A DNA stretch of 64,000 nucleotides from contig CAWCAG010000005.1 in NCBI GenBank assembly GCA_963793425.1, positions 128,001-192,000 of the forward strand, given 5' to 3'. A program made the position numbers and the translations under genes. This DNA is from an uncultured cyanobacterium. GTDB taxonomy: Bacteria; Cyanobacteriota; Cyanobacteriia; Cyanobacteriales; CAWCAG01. The notes beneath the pieces are model-generated. The model had not been told where the DNA came from and searched no databases. It saw nothing but the letters and a program-made list of their open reading frames with translations. Positions 17,697-28,143 of this stretch are shown in pieces. Positions within the stretch are counted from its first letter, which is position 1. Each line of letters begins with the position of its first letter.

Positions 17697-20600
17697 ATGG
17701 ATGAACAGCGTACCGAAGCTTATTTAAACCTGATTGATGAGATTCTCAACTGTCCTCATGAGGAAGCATTTGAGAGGTTAAATGCCCATCCTGATTTGCT
17801 GGATGCTGGGTTGTTGCAGGTGATGTTTCAAGTTGCTGATATCTTAATCATCAGGGAAATGAGAATACGGCAAATGTTTTACTTAATTTTGCTCAACAGT
17901 TAATAAAAGCTTTAAGAAGCACTTCTCCTGTTGTTGTTTCAGAAAAGGAAAGACAGGCAAGATTAAATTTTCTCATAAAGGTACTTCAAGCAACAGATGA
18001 TAGCCAAGGCAATCCTCAAATAGTTTATCCTCTCCTGCAAGCTAATCAAGATAAACTTGATGATACCTTTGCGGAGATTTTGCGACTTTGGGCAGAAGCT
18101 AACTTTGCTGAAGTAGAGGAAGTACAAGCACTAGATATTGCTGCTGTTATTGTTCATTTTAGTAACTTGATTCAGCAATTTCCTTTAGGTAGCAGAGCAA
18201 GTAACCTAGAAATTGCCATTAAGGTTATCAAATAGTCCAAACAGTTTATACTCGCGAGGCTTTTCCACAAAATTGGGCAGAAGCTAAAAACAACTTAGGT
18301 AATACTTATATAAACAGAATCAGAGGAGAAAAAGCTGACAATATCGAAATTGCTATTTCTGCTCTATCAAGCTGCTTTAGAGGTACGTACCTCGTAGAGC
18401 TTTTCCACAATACTGGGCAGATAACCCAAAACAACCTGGGTATTGCTTACGTAGATAGAATCAGAGGGGAGAAAGGCAGAAAATCTTGAAGCAGCATATT
18501 GCTGCTTATCAAGCTGCTTTATCCGTACGTACCCGTGAAGCTTTTCCACAAGATTGGGAAAATGAATCCTTGGCTGGCATGGATGGAGAGTAGGAAGTGA
18601 GCTAATGCTTTCTAACTGTTATTCAGGAGAAAAACTATACTGCGGGATTTGAAACTTTTACAAAAATGGTAGATCTGTTTAGAACAATTTAGGAAAGAAC
18701 AAAGATGGCAAAGTATGAAGACAAGCAGTAATTTCTCAAGGTAGTTCATACTTTATTGCAAGATGAAGATAAGCTAGACGATATTTTTGTGGCTGATGTT
18801 TTGGAAACGGAGCAAAAGTAGATTAGCTGAAGCGGAAGGAAGAAGTGCGTATCGAAGCTTATTTGAACCTGATTAATAGCGCTTCGGTCAAGAGTTTCCG
18901 GTAGAGGGAAAGTAAAAGAAATGATTACCGGTTACAAAGCAGTCATATATCCGTGAAAATGCTAGATTTTGGATAGCCACACAGAATGTACTAGGTTTAG
19001 CGTATCAAAAAAGAATTAGAGGGACAAGAGAAGAAAATCTTGAAGCTTCTATCTCAGCTTGCCAAGCTGCTTTGTCGGTTTGCACTCGTGAAGCTCTTCC
19101 TCAAGATTGGGCAATGAGCCAAAGCACCCTAGGTATTGCATATGAAGGAAGAATCAGGGGGGAGATGGCGAAAAATATCGAATCAGCTATTTCTGCTTAT
19201 CAAGCTGCTTTATCTGTTCGTACTCGTGAAGCTTTTCCTACAAGATTGGGCAATGACCCAAAGTACTCTAGGTAATGCTTATAGAGAAAGAATTAGAGGA
19301 GAGAAGGCAGAAAATATCGAATCAGCTATTTCTGCTTATCAAGCTACTTTATCTGTTTATACTCGTGAAGCTTTTCCTCAAGATTGGGCAGTGACCCAAA
19401 TCCGCCTGGGCAATATCTACGCTAAAAGAATCAGGGGAGAAAAAGAGAAGAATATTGAAGTTGCCATATTAGCTTGTCAGGCTGCATCCGAGGTACGTAC
19501 CCGTGAAGCTTTTCCTCAAGATTGGGCAATGATGCAACACAGCCTGGGGAATGCATACAGAGAAAGAATCAGAGGAGATAAGGCAGAAAATATTGAAGCA
19601 GCTATTTCTGCTTTTCAAGCTGCTTTATCTGTTCATACTCGTAAAGCTTTTCCTCAAGATTGGGCAATGATCCAACAGAACCTGGGTAATGCTTACAGAG
19701 AAAGAATTAGAGGAGAAAAAGCGGAAAATATCGAAGCAGCTATTTCTGCTTGTCAAGCTGCTTTATCTGTTCATACTCGCGAAGCTTTTCCTAAAGGATG
19801 GGCAATGACCAAAAATACCTTGGGTAGTGCATACAGAGTAAAATTAAGAGGGGAGATAGCCAAAAATCTTGAAATGGCTATCTCTACTTTCCAAGGTGCT
19901 TTATCTGTTTGTACCCATGAAGCTTTTCCTGAAGAGTGGGCAATGATACAAAACAACTTGGGAAACGCATACAGAGACAGAATCAAAGGAGATAGGGAAG
20001 ACAATCTCGAAACGGCAATTTCTGCTTTTCAAGCTGCTTTAGATGTACGCACCCAAGAAGCTTATCCTACAGGCTGGGCAGATGACTCAAAACAACTTAT
20101 GCACTACATACATAGAGAGAATCAGAGGAAAGAGAAAGGAGAATATAGAAGCTGCTATCTCTGCTTGTCAATCAGCCTTATCAGATCTATACCCATGAGG
20201 CTTTCCCTCAAAAATGGGCGTGGAGCAAAGGTAATCTGGGTACTGCATATATAAAGAGAATCAAAGGAAGGAGGGAAGACAATCTCGAAACGGCTATCTC
20301 TGCTTGTCAATCAGCCTTATCAGTTCATACCCACCAAGCTTTTCCTGAAGTCTATGTGAACAACTTCCTTCAATTTAGGCTTAGCTTATCGAAATGTAAC
20401 CAAAGGCTCATAGAGGCTTATGATAAGTTGAAAAAGGCTATTGAAGCTGCGGAGTCCTTGCGTGAGGAAATAGTTTCTGACAGTGAAGCTAAGCAGAAAC
20501 AAGCAGAAAAATCAAGCCAGTCTCTATCAAGTTATGGTGCTAACTTGCCTAGATTTAAATAAGCTCGATGAAGCCTTTGAATATGTAGAACGTAGCAAAA

Positions 20601-22021
20601 ACCGTAACTTAGTAGAACAAATTTTAGAGCGCGATCGCAACACAATTTTCCCACCAGAAGTAGCCAAGCAACTAGAAAAATTCCGCGATGAAATAGCTAG
20701 CGGGCAGCAACAAATTCAGTCAGGAAAAGCAGAAAATCATCAAGAATTAGCTGAATATCTCCAGCAATTGCGACAGCAGCGTAATCAATTGCAGGATAAA
20801 TATCTGTCTGTGGGTTCTGGTTTCAAATTTGAGCAACTCCAGGCAAATTTAGCTGAAAATACAGCAATTATTGAGTGGTATCTTACTTCTGAAGAAATAG
20901 TTGCTTTTGTATTGGCACCAGAGATTCTCAAGCTTGCTGTTTGGCGATCTACAAAAGAAGATCATAAGGCTTTAGATAATTGGTCGGAGCTAATGAGTAT
21001 CTAAACGAATATTACACTAACAAAACCAACTGGCGCAACAAACTCCCTTCCCGCCTCAACAAATCTTGCAGAAATTCTACACTTAGAAGAAATCCTCAAG
21101 TTAATTCCTAAAACCTACTCTCGCCTCATTCTCATTCCCCATAGATATCTCCATCTCTTTCCCCTCCACGCATTACAAAGCAAAAGACAAACAACCAAAG
21201 GCGAAATTACAGGCACATTAATGGAACTATTCCCCGATGGTGTCAGCTACGCCCCCAGTTGCCAACTCCTGCAACAACTGCAAACCAGACAACGCCCCAA
21301 CTTCCAATCCCTCTTCGCTATCCAAAACCCCACAGAAGACTTAACCTACACCGACTTAGAAGTAGAAAAAATCTCCTCTCTCTTTTCCTCCCAAATCTTA
21401 CCCGGCAAACAAGCCACTAAAACCGCCTTAACAGAAGCCAAAAACCAACTACAAACGGCTAACTATCTCCACTTCTCCTGTCACGGTACTTTTAACTTGC
21501 AATCACCCCAAGACTCATTTTTACTCCTAGCGGATACTGAAGATTCAGAAGGGAAAATAGATTTAAACAAATGCCTCACTTTGGGCAACCTGTTTGAGAG
21601 AGATTTCAATCTCCCTAACTGTCGTCTCGTTGTTCTTTCTGCTTGTGAAACAGGCTTAGTTGACTTCAATAACACCAGCGATGAATATATCGGTTTACCT
21701 AGCGGTTTTCTTTATGCCGGAAGTTCTAATGTTGTCAGTAGTTTGTGGACGGTAAGTGACTTATCTACTGCTTTCTTGATGCTCAAGTTTATCCAAAATC
21801 TCCAAGCCAAAGAAAATATTTCTGTTCCCCTTGCCCTTAACCAAGCACAATTATGGTTGCGGGATGCGACGAAAGAAGAGTTACAAGTTTGGACTGAGGG
21901 GTTAAATTTAGATAGTACTTGGAGTGAGGAAGTAGATGATTTACTTGCAGGAATGAAACCCCAAGAAAAGCATTTTCAATCTCCTTTTTATTGGGCTGCG
22001 TTTACGGCTGTTGGTATTTAG
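17697..22021 (+). pseudogene. TPR-repeat plus CHAT (caspase-like) protein, multiply frameshifted
   Basis: N-terminal MDEQRTEAYLNLI domain; 40-aa repeats TREAFPQDWAMTQ..LGNAY..RIRGEKAENIE.AI (120-bp period); AFEYVERSKNRNL; ILIPHRYLHLFPLHAL; LHFSCHG and LVVLSACETG; PFYWAAF. Split across several ORF-track fragments. Confidence 0.88.
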
Positions 22022-22031
22022 GAAAATAATC

Positions 22032-22376
22032 ATGTCAATATACGAAGAAAAAGTTAACAACTTTGTTCATTTATTGAAAACTCAACCCAGTTTATTTGCA
22101 GAGGTAAACAGGGATGAATTAGAGAAGATAATTTCATCTCAACAAGAAGATATTAGAGCAATTTCTAATACTATTACTGATTTTTGCCAAGGGTATCCCC
22201 AAGTAGAAGATGCTTTGAGAGAGCTTAAACCAATAAGTAGAAGTTCTAAAGGGCCAGGAAAGACAAAAGCTAATCCTAATATTCCTGACTACGAACACGA
22301 TAAAAAATCAATAATCAACGCGATTCAACAAAGTTCTAGCGGTGAAAACAAAAAAGAAAAGCCAGACAAAAAATAA
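22032..22376 (+). CDS. Small helical protein downstream of CHAT gene (CATASP-like by context)
   Basis: ATG 10 nt after the CHAT stop; 114 aa; helical N-terminal part, SRSSKGPG linker, short C-terminal helix. Confidence 0.75.
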   Translation: MSIYEEKVNNFVHLLKTQPSLFAEVNRDELEKIISSQQEDIRAISNTITDFCQGYPQVEDALRELKPISRSSKGPGKTKANPNIPDYEHDKKSIINAIQQSSSGENKKEKPDKK

Positions 22377-22393
22377 CGCGCTATAAAAAATCA

Positions 22394-22929
22394 TGTCTTT
22401 GGTGCGTTACGGCGCAATATGTTTATATTTAAGTAATAGCTGAGATTATTTTAATGTGCCTAACACACCCTACTCAACTGATTAAATGGAAACCGTCATT
22501 CTTTTCAAAAAAGTCCGTTTAAACGGACTTAAAATATGAGACGGAGAATTAATTCTCCGGCTCCGGCTATGAAGTTTGTCTTTGGTGCGTTACGGCGCAA
22601 TATGTTTATATTTAAGTAATAGCTGAGATTATTTTAATGTGCCTAACACACCCTACTCAACTGATTAAATGGAAACCGTCATTCTTTTCAAAAAAGTCCG
22701 TTTAAACGGACTTAAAATATGAGACGGAGAATTAATTCTCCGGCTCCGGCTATGAAGTTTGTCTTTGGTGCGTTACGGCGCAATATGTTTATATTTAAGT
22801 AATAGCTGAGATTATTTTAATGCGCCTAACACACCCTACTCAACTGATTAAATGAAAACCATCATTCTTTTCAAAAAAGTCCGTTTAAACGGACTTAAAA
22901 TATGAGACGGAGAATTAATTCTCCGGCTC
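22394..22929. repeat. Tandem array of about 2.9 x 183-bp near-identical palindrome-rich units (REP/BIME-like)
   Basis: Units start at 22394, 22577 and 22760. Each has GGTGCGTTACGGCGC...GTGCCTAACACACCCTAC, AAGTCCGTTTAAACGGACTT and CGGAGAATTAATTCTCCG. Confidence 0.95.
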
Positions 22930-22955
22930 TCTCTATCACCAGCGATAAATGATCA

Positions 22956-24320
22956 ATGACAAAAGTTGCTTACCCAAAACTAACTCTCTACGCTTTTCAT
23001 CTTCGCCATAACTTAGCCCAAGGTGAAATAAATCCTGTCAGTAATGCTAATGGTTTGTGGTTGAAATGCCAGGAATTAGGACAAAAACTGGGCATTCCTA
23101 AACTAGAAGCATTACCAAGTTTAATACCAGCAGCAGACTCGCAAGTTACAGGAAATCTGTTACCCGCGAATACTACTTTTACTGCTATTGAACACAACAC
23201 GAATCTACATTTAAGGGGAGAAGTTACCCCTCTATTAATTCACGATACTTATGCCCTGGATTTAACCCTACGTTACCCACAACCAGAAGTAGGAATTGCC
23301 AACTTAAAAGGATTAAACCCCGATAATTGTTTACTACCGAGTTACATTAATGCTTCCCTCGGACAAACCTTGGTTTTATTTGTTCAACCTGTAGGCAAAG
23401 TTACCAAAGAAGCAGATTTTGCTTTAAATTGTGTGGAAGCTTTATTAACTCCAAAAACCTATCAGGAATTACAACTTACTTGCCAAGCAAAAGGGAATTT
23501 ATTAGGTGGTTCTCTCTTTGAATTTAATAACGACGCAACTTCTCCTCAACAACAATGTCATCTTCTGGTATGGTTAAATAGTTCTGAACAAACCAACAAG
23601 TTAGAAGAATCCGGAGAATATTATTACCCTTTAATTGACCTCTTGCTTTGTCGCAGTAAAATAATTTATGCTAACTCCCAAGCTACTTGGTGTTATCAAC
23701 AAGCTAGGCAAGATTACCAACGCTTAGAAGCTAATGTTAATGAGTTTAATCAGCTTAAAGAACGCTCCGTTAAAGATATTTATCCTCAACTGCAACAACA
23801 ACTTAGAGATTTACCAGAAATTGCTTTTAGTTATGGACGTAGTTTACGAGATTTAGAAATACAAAAAACCACCATAAAAACTAATAGCAAAAACTATAAA
23901 TTAAATCTTGATAAATTAAACAAGCTTTGCTTGAAAGAAGACAACTTAGAATTATTTCACAACTTCCTCAATTTAGCCGAAACCACTTCCATTGAACAAA
24001 TCGAAACCAATTTAGCCTATCTTGCCCCCGCCCAAACCTTATTTAACCAGATGATCGAAACCATACGAGGCAGCGTAGAAATTGAACAAGCAAAGCGTGA
24101 ACGCAGCTTAGAAATAACTATCCAAGTTTTTGGGGTGGGGCTGGCAACGGCAGGAATAGTCTCGGCTGCTGTTGGAGAATATAAAGACACACCTATTGTT
24201 ATCGCACCTCAAAAACCAACTCATCCCGCTGTTAACAACCTTTTATTGAGTCTTGTAGCAGGTGCGATCGCCGCATCCATTACTCGGTTATTTGTGGGAC
24301 TTCGTTATAAAAATAAGTAA
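22956..24320 (+). CDS. Hypothetical protein: alpha/beta N-domain, long helical region, two C-terminal TM segments (CATRA-like)
   Basis: 454 aa; PKLTLYAFHLR, IHDTYALDLTL, SLGQTLVL, LIDLLLCRSKIIY; TM segments VFGVGLATAGIVSAAV and LLLSLVAGAIAASITRLFV. Confidence 0.8.
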   Translation: MTKVAYPKLTLYAFHLRHNLAQGEINPVSNANGLWLKCQELGQKLGIPKLEALPSLIPAADSQVTGNLLPANTTFTAIEHNTNLHLRGEVTPLLIHDTYALDLTLRYPQPEVGIANLKGLNPDNCLLPSYINASLGQTLVLFVQPVGKVTKEADFALNCVEALLTPKTYQELQLTCQAKGNLLGGSLFEFNNDATSPQQQCHLLVWLNSSEQTNKLEESGEYYYPLIDLLLCRSKIIYANSQATWCYQQARQDYQRLEANVNEFNQLKERSVKDIYPQLQQQLRDLPEIAFSYGRSLRDLEIQKTTIKTNSKNYKLNLDKLNKLCLKEDNLELFHNFLNLAETTSIEQIETNLAYLAPAQTLFNQMIETIRGSVEIEQAKRERSLEITIQVFGVGLATAGIVSAAVGEYKDTPIVIAPQKPTHPAVNNLLLSLVAGAIAASITRLFVGLRYKNK

Positions 24321-24476
24321 CAAGTAATAGATAATATCAATTATCCTTATTGCCTATTGTCTATGGTTTTTTGCTATTACTTTCATTCTTATCTATCGTA
24401 AGGGTACTTATTACGTAACACAAAGCGGTATAAGATTTATTTAATAGTTGCGAATATATCAAAAGGATCTGACAAT

Positions 24477-26675
24477 ATGACTGTTGCTACAGGGATTCCT
24501 AGCTTTTGTCAAGGCATTCAACACTTTAGTGAAGAACTACCTGAATTTAATAAATATGGACAAAAACCCGCTATTGGGCAAGGAAAGACAGCTATCTCTT
24601 CCCCTAGTGATAGTAATGCTGTTTACCAAACCCTCCTTGGGGCAGATGCGCTACGTTACTTAACCCTGCAAATAACTTCTTCTAAATCTTCCGGACATCC
24701 TGGTGGCTTTGCTAGTATTGCTGATTGTATTGCGGCATTAGTCATGTTGGGCTACAAAAACATCCTCACAGAAGTAGGACACCATGCCCCAGGATTTTAT
24801 AGCAATGTGTTCCTAGATCGTTCCTTAGAAGCAATGGGCATTGAAACAGTCCAACAAATGCGCGATCGCTACCGAGAAACCCATGGACTTTTAGGCCACC
24901 TCTCAGGGCAAATTCCAGGACTTCTTAGCCCGGCGGGGCCTTTGGGACAGGGACAGCATTTTGCTATGGCAGGGGCAAAGCTTCATCCTGACCTACTTTT
25001 CCCTGTTACCATTGGTGATGGAGGTATTGGGGAACCTTATGTGATGAGTAGCTTTGGGCATTTTAATACTGCTTATCCTCAAGTTACCAACTTCTTGCCC
25101 ATCTTAGTTTGGAATGGTTACTCTCAAGAACATCACAGCATGGTTTCCACCAAAACTAATCAGGAGATGATTGACTACTGGGCAGGGAATGGTTTTAAGA
25201 ATATATTCCTTCTGGATGCTAAGGAATACGACGATGCTAACCAAAAGGGTGATTATGTAGATAGCACTATGTTTTCTTGGGAAAATCGCCTCAAGTTTAC
25301 TCAAGCAATGTTAGAAACCGCCGACAAAGCAGCTAAGTCTGCCCTGGGCGGCACATTGACAGTACTGATTGTGAAACAGCTTAAAGGGGCAGGAGTTCAC
25401 AAAAGAGGCGCACAGTCCCATAACCTCTATCCTGGAGATACCACTGATAAAGATTATATCGTCAGTGCCTTAAAGGCCAGGGCTTTGACCCCAGAAGGCT
25501 GGCAATTGGTACGCAACAATTGGGAACAAGCAGGAGGCGGCCCCGCCTCTCAAGTTGCTGTAACTGAGAAGGTTTTGCCCTTGCCGGAATTAGGAGACTT
25601 ACCTTTAAAAGAATTTCCTGTCGGTGGAGACAAGCAAATTGCTACTACTGCTATGGGTGCGATCGCCGCTTATGTGGGTAAGCAAGACTCTAATTTCATC
25701 GTTGCCAATGCAGATGGTAATGCGGCATCGGGAATTAACAACATTAACATTGCCCTGAAAATCATCCACCCCACCACCGATGAAACCTACTATCAACAGC
25801 CTCAAGGTCAAGTATACGAACCCTTAAGCGAAGATGCTTGTGCAGGTTTGGCAGCCGGTTTAGCTTTATTCGGCTCTCGTAGTCTTTGGTGTTCCTATGA
25901 ATCTTTTGCTATCAACGGTTTACCTATTTGGCAAACCGTTACCCAAGCCATGGCAGAGTTACGCCGCCCCACTCCTTCCACCATCACCCTTTTTACCGCC
26001 GGGGCATTGGAACAAGGGCGCAATGGTTGGACACATCAAAGGCCAGAAATTGAAAACTACTTTGCAGGAATGATGCGTAATGGTAATATTTTCCCTTTAT
26101 TCCCCTGCGATGCTAATAGTATTCAAGCTTGTTATGAATGGGCATTAGGTACTAAAAACAAAGGAGTTACCATCACTGCAAGTAAGTCACCCTTGCCGAT
26201 TCGTACTAGCTTGGCACAAACTCGTCAGGCATTACAACAAGGTGCGGTGGTATTACAAGAAAGCGAAGGTAGTAAGAAAGTTGTTTTTGCTGTGATTGGG
26301 GATATGACTTTGCTGCCAGTTTATGAAGCAGCAGCACAATTAAAGGCTGAAGGCATTGGTACAAAGATTGTGACGGTAATTAGTCCCCGTCGCTTGTATC
26401 GTCCCAGCGATACAGCTTCTGACACTTGCAGCGAAGCAGATAATAGTTTTATTGATGATGCAAAGTTTGAGGAGTTGTTTGCTGGGGATGCTTTACTAGG
26501 TATCACCGGGGGTAGCAGTGCGATGTTGGAACCCATCATGCTACGTAGCAATAGCAAGCGAGACACCTTTGCTTGGAAGCGAGGGGAAACTGCTTCTAGT
26601 GCAACCAAGGTGATGGAAATTAATGGTTTGACGGCTGAAGCTTTTGTGAAGCGGGCGAAAGAGTTGATTAGTTAG
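24477..26675 (+). CDS. Phosphoketolase-like thiamine-diphosphate enzyme (transketolase superfamily)
   Basis: SGHPGGF, GPLGQGQHFA, ThDP motif GDGG...WNG, YEPLSEDAC, EQGRNGWTHQRP. Confidence 0.88.
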   Translation: MTVATGIPSFCQGIQHFSEELPEFNKYGQKPAIGQGKTAISSPSDSNAVYQTLLGADALRYLTLQITSSKSSGHPGGFASIADCIAALVMLGYKNILTEVGHHAPGFYSNVFLDRSLEAMGIETVQQMRDRYRETHGLLGHLSGQIPGLLSPAGPLGQGQHFAMAGAKLHPDLLFPVTIGDGGIGEPYVMSSFGHFNTAYPQVTNFLPILVWNGYSQEHHSMVSTKTNQEMIDYWAGNGFKNIFLLDAKEYDDANQKGDYVDSTMFSWENRLKFTQAMLETADKAAKSALGGTLTVLIVKQLKGAGVHKRGAQSHNLYPGDTTDKDYIVSALKARALTPEGWQLVRNNWEQAGGGPASQVAVTEKVLPLPELGDLPLKEFPVGGDKQIATTAMGAIAAYVGKQDSNFIVANADGNAASGINNINIALKIIHPTTDETYYQQPQGQVYEPLSEDACAGLAAGLALFGSRSLWCSYESFAINGLPIWQTVTQAMAELRRPTPSTITLFTAGALEQGRNGWTHQRPEIENYFAGMMRNGNIFPLFPCDANSIQACYEWALGTKNKGVTITASKSPLPIRTSLAQTRQALQQGAVVLQESEGSKKVVFAVIGDMTLLPVYEAAAQLKAEGIGTKIVTVISPRRLYRPSDTASDTCSEADNSFIDDAKFEELFAGDALLGITGGSSAMLEPIMLRSNSKRDTFAWKRGETASSATKVMEINGLTAEAFVKRAKELIS

Positions 26676-26698
26676 GTTAATATCATTATCCCTATTTT

Positions 26699-26789
26699 GG
26701 CGTTGCTGAATCAAGAATGTTAATCAACAAATCACGCTACTTATTCCGTAGACAGTTGCACTAAAAACGTTTACGCATTCAGCAACGCC
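26699..26789. mobile_element. MITE-like element with 13-bp terminal inverted repeats
   Basis: GGCGTTGCTGAAT (26699-26711) and ATTCAGCAACGCC (26777-26789). Confidence 0.7.
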
Positions 26790-26791
26790 TC

Positions 26792-26998
26792 CTAGCGTTT
26801 ATCTCGTTTGACAATTAGCCAAGTTACCCAACTAGTAATTCCGCCAAGAATTAGACTTGCGATCGCAATTATGGCAAAATGATAGGTTGATTTTAGATAA
26901 TCAGGTTTTTGTTCGATTATGATTACATCTCCGACTGGGTTTTGCAAAGCTGCGGAGGTGATTGAAGCTACACCTAAGCCTACTCCTGCTAAGGCTTC
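26792..26998 (-). pseudogene. Orphan C-terminal 2-TM fragment paralogous to 22956-24320
   Basis: EALAGVGLGVASITSAALQNPVGDVIIIEQKPDY...AIASLILGGITSWVTWLIVKRDKR*; no start codon, with an in-frame TAG directly upstream. Confidence 0.6.
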
Positions 26999-27152
26999 CT
27001 ATAGACCAAATGTACCTCATAAGTCTGATAAATGTTTCAAGAAAAACGCGATAAATAACTTTCCCTTGTTTCTTACCGAAAGTTAGATATCGCGTTCTGC
27101 ACCAGGAGCAAAATTGATAACGTCTTGTAGAGATTGACGTTATATAAAAAGC

Positions 27153-27581
27153 TTATTTATCCATGTGGAGTAACTTGTAATAAAAAGATTGCGGAAAATC
27201 TGTATCACCGTTTTTTTGATGGCTAAAGATAATATCAATTAAATAATTAACAAATTCTGAATTAAGAATCAAAACTTTATAACTCAACTCGGCACTACCA
27301 TCAAACTGAACAATGCAATAAGTAAATTGGGAAGGAATAAAGTTAACATCCGTAGACCAACTAGCTACAAAAGAAATGTTTTTTCCCCCAGCTATTTTCC
27401 TTTCCCCTTCTAAATGCCCTTTCTGATAGAGATTGAGGGCAAGAGGTAAAAAACTGCGTCGGCTACTCTTACAGTAAGGATTAAAAATAGCGACAGTTTT
27501 AGATTGAATTGGTTTAAGTTTATCAAGAGAAGGAGACAATTGCTGATAACCCTCAACAGAATTTAATACAGTACTAACCAT
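27153..27581 (-). CDS. ebsA: EbsA-like protein (type IV pilus/secretion-associated family)
   Basis: FNPYC..SRRSFLPLALNLYQKGHLEGERKIAGG.NISFVASW; QFDGSAELSY; DFPQSFYYKLL. Confidence 0.75.
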   Translation of the reverse strand: MVSTVLNSVEGYQQLSPSLDKLKPIQSKTVAIFNPYCKSSRRSFLPLALNLYQKGHLEGERKIAGGKNISFVASWSTDVNFIPSQFTYCIVQFDGSAELSYKVLILNSEFVNYLIDIIFSHQKNGDTDFPQSFYYKLLHMDK

Positions 27582-27656
27582 TTTTGCTACCCCGATTATT
27601 TAAGATGTACAAATTACTGAAGGAAAAACAGGAATAAAAGCGGAGAAAACTCTCTT

Positions 27657-28055
27657 TTAGTTGAGCGCAAGTTTAGCTTTGATTTGAGCAACAAAATCTT
27701 GATGATCTATTACTGGTTTAGGAATGTAGCCATCTGCCCCGCTGGTTTCTAAAAAGTACTCGCGATCGCAACTCTCACCATTGGCTGTGACTAAGATAAC
27801 TGGTACTTGGGCAGTATGGGGATGGGCTTTAAGCATTTGGGTAATGGCAATACCATCAACAGGTTTACCTTGGTAGTAGCTATTATTTAAAGAAACATCC
27901 ATGAGAATAATGTCTGCTTCTTTTTGTTGGACAATTTGCATTACTTCTTCGACATTTTCCGTATGCTTAGCTGCTAAGCCACCTTGTTTAGTAAGTATTT
28001 TTTGAAAAACTTTCCAATTAATAGGATCGTCTTCCACAACTAAAACAGTTTTCAT
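27657..28055 (-). CDS. Single-domain response regulator (cyanobacterial DivK-like)
   Basis: VLVVEDD, ILMDVSL..SYYQGKPVDG, VILVTA, GADGYIPKP. Confidence 0.9.
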   Translation of the reverse strand: MKTVLVVEDDPINWKVFQKILTKQGGLAAKHTENVEEVMQIVQQKEADIILMDVSLNNSYYQGKPVDGIAITQMLKAHPHTAQVPVILVTANGESCDREYFLETSGADGYIPKPVIDHQDFVAQIKAKLALN

Positions 28056-28143
28056 TCCTGACAAAATATTGGTGAGTGTATTGTTAAGGTAGATGCAGAT
28101 TTGGTGGAAGATTGCCCCCTTAGTCGAGCAATCCTGGCGAAAA

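Noticed and set aside
18980..20350. 120-bp repeats as a DGR template/variable repeat or non-coding array
   Set aside because: They encode TPR units, the differences are not adenine-specific, and no reverse transcriptase gene is present.
22394..22929. CRISPR array
   Set aside because: The units are 183 bp and essentially identical throughout, with no unique spacers, and there are no cas genes in the window.
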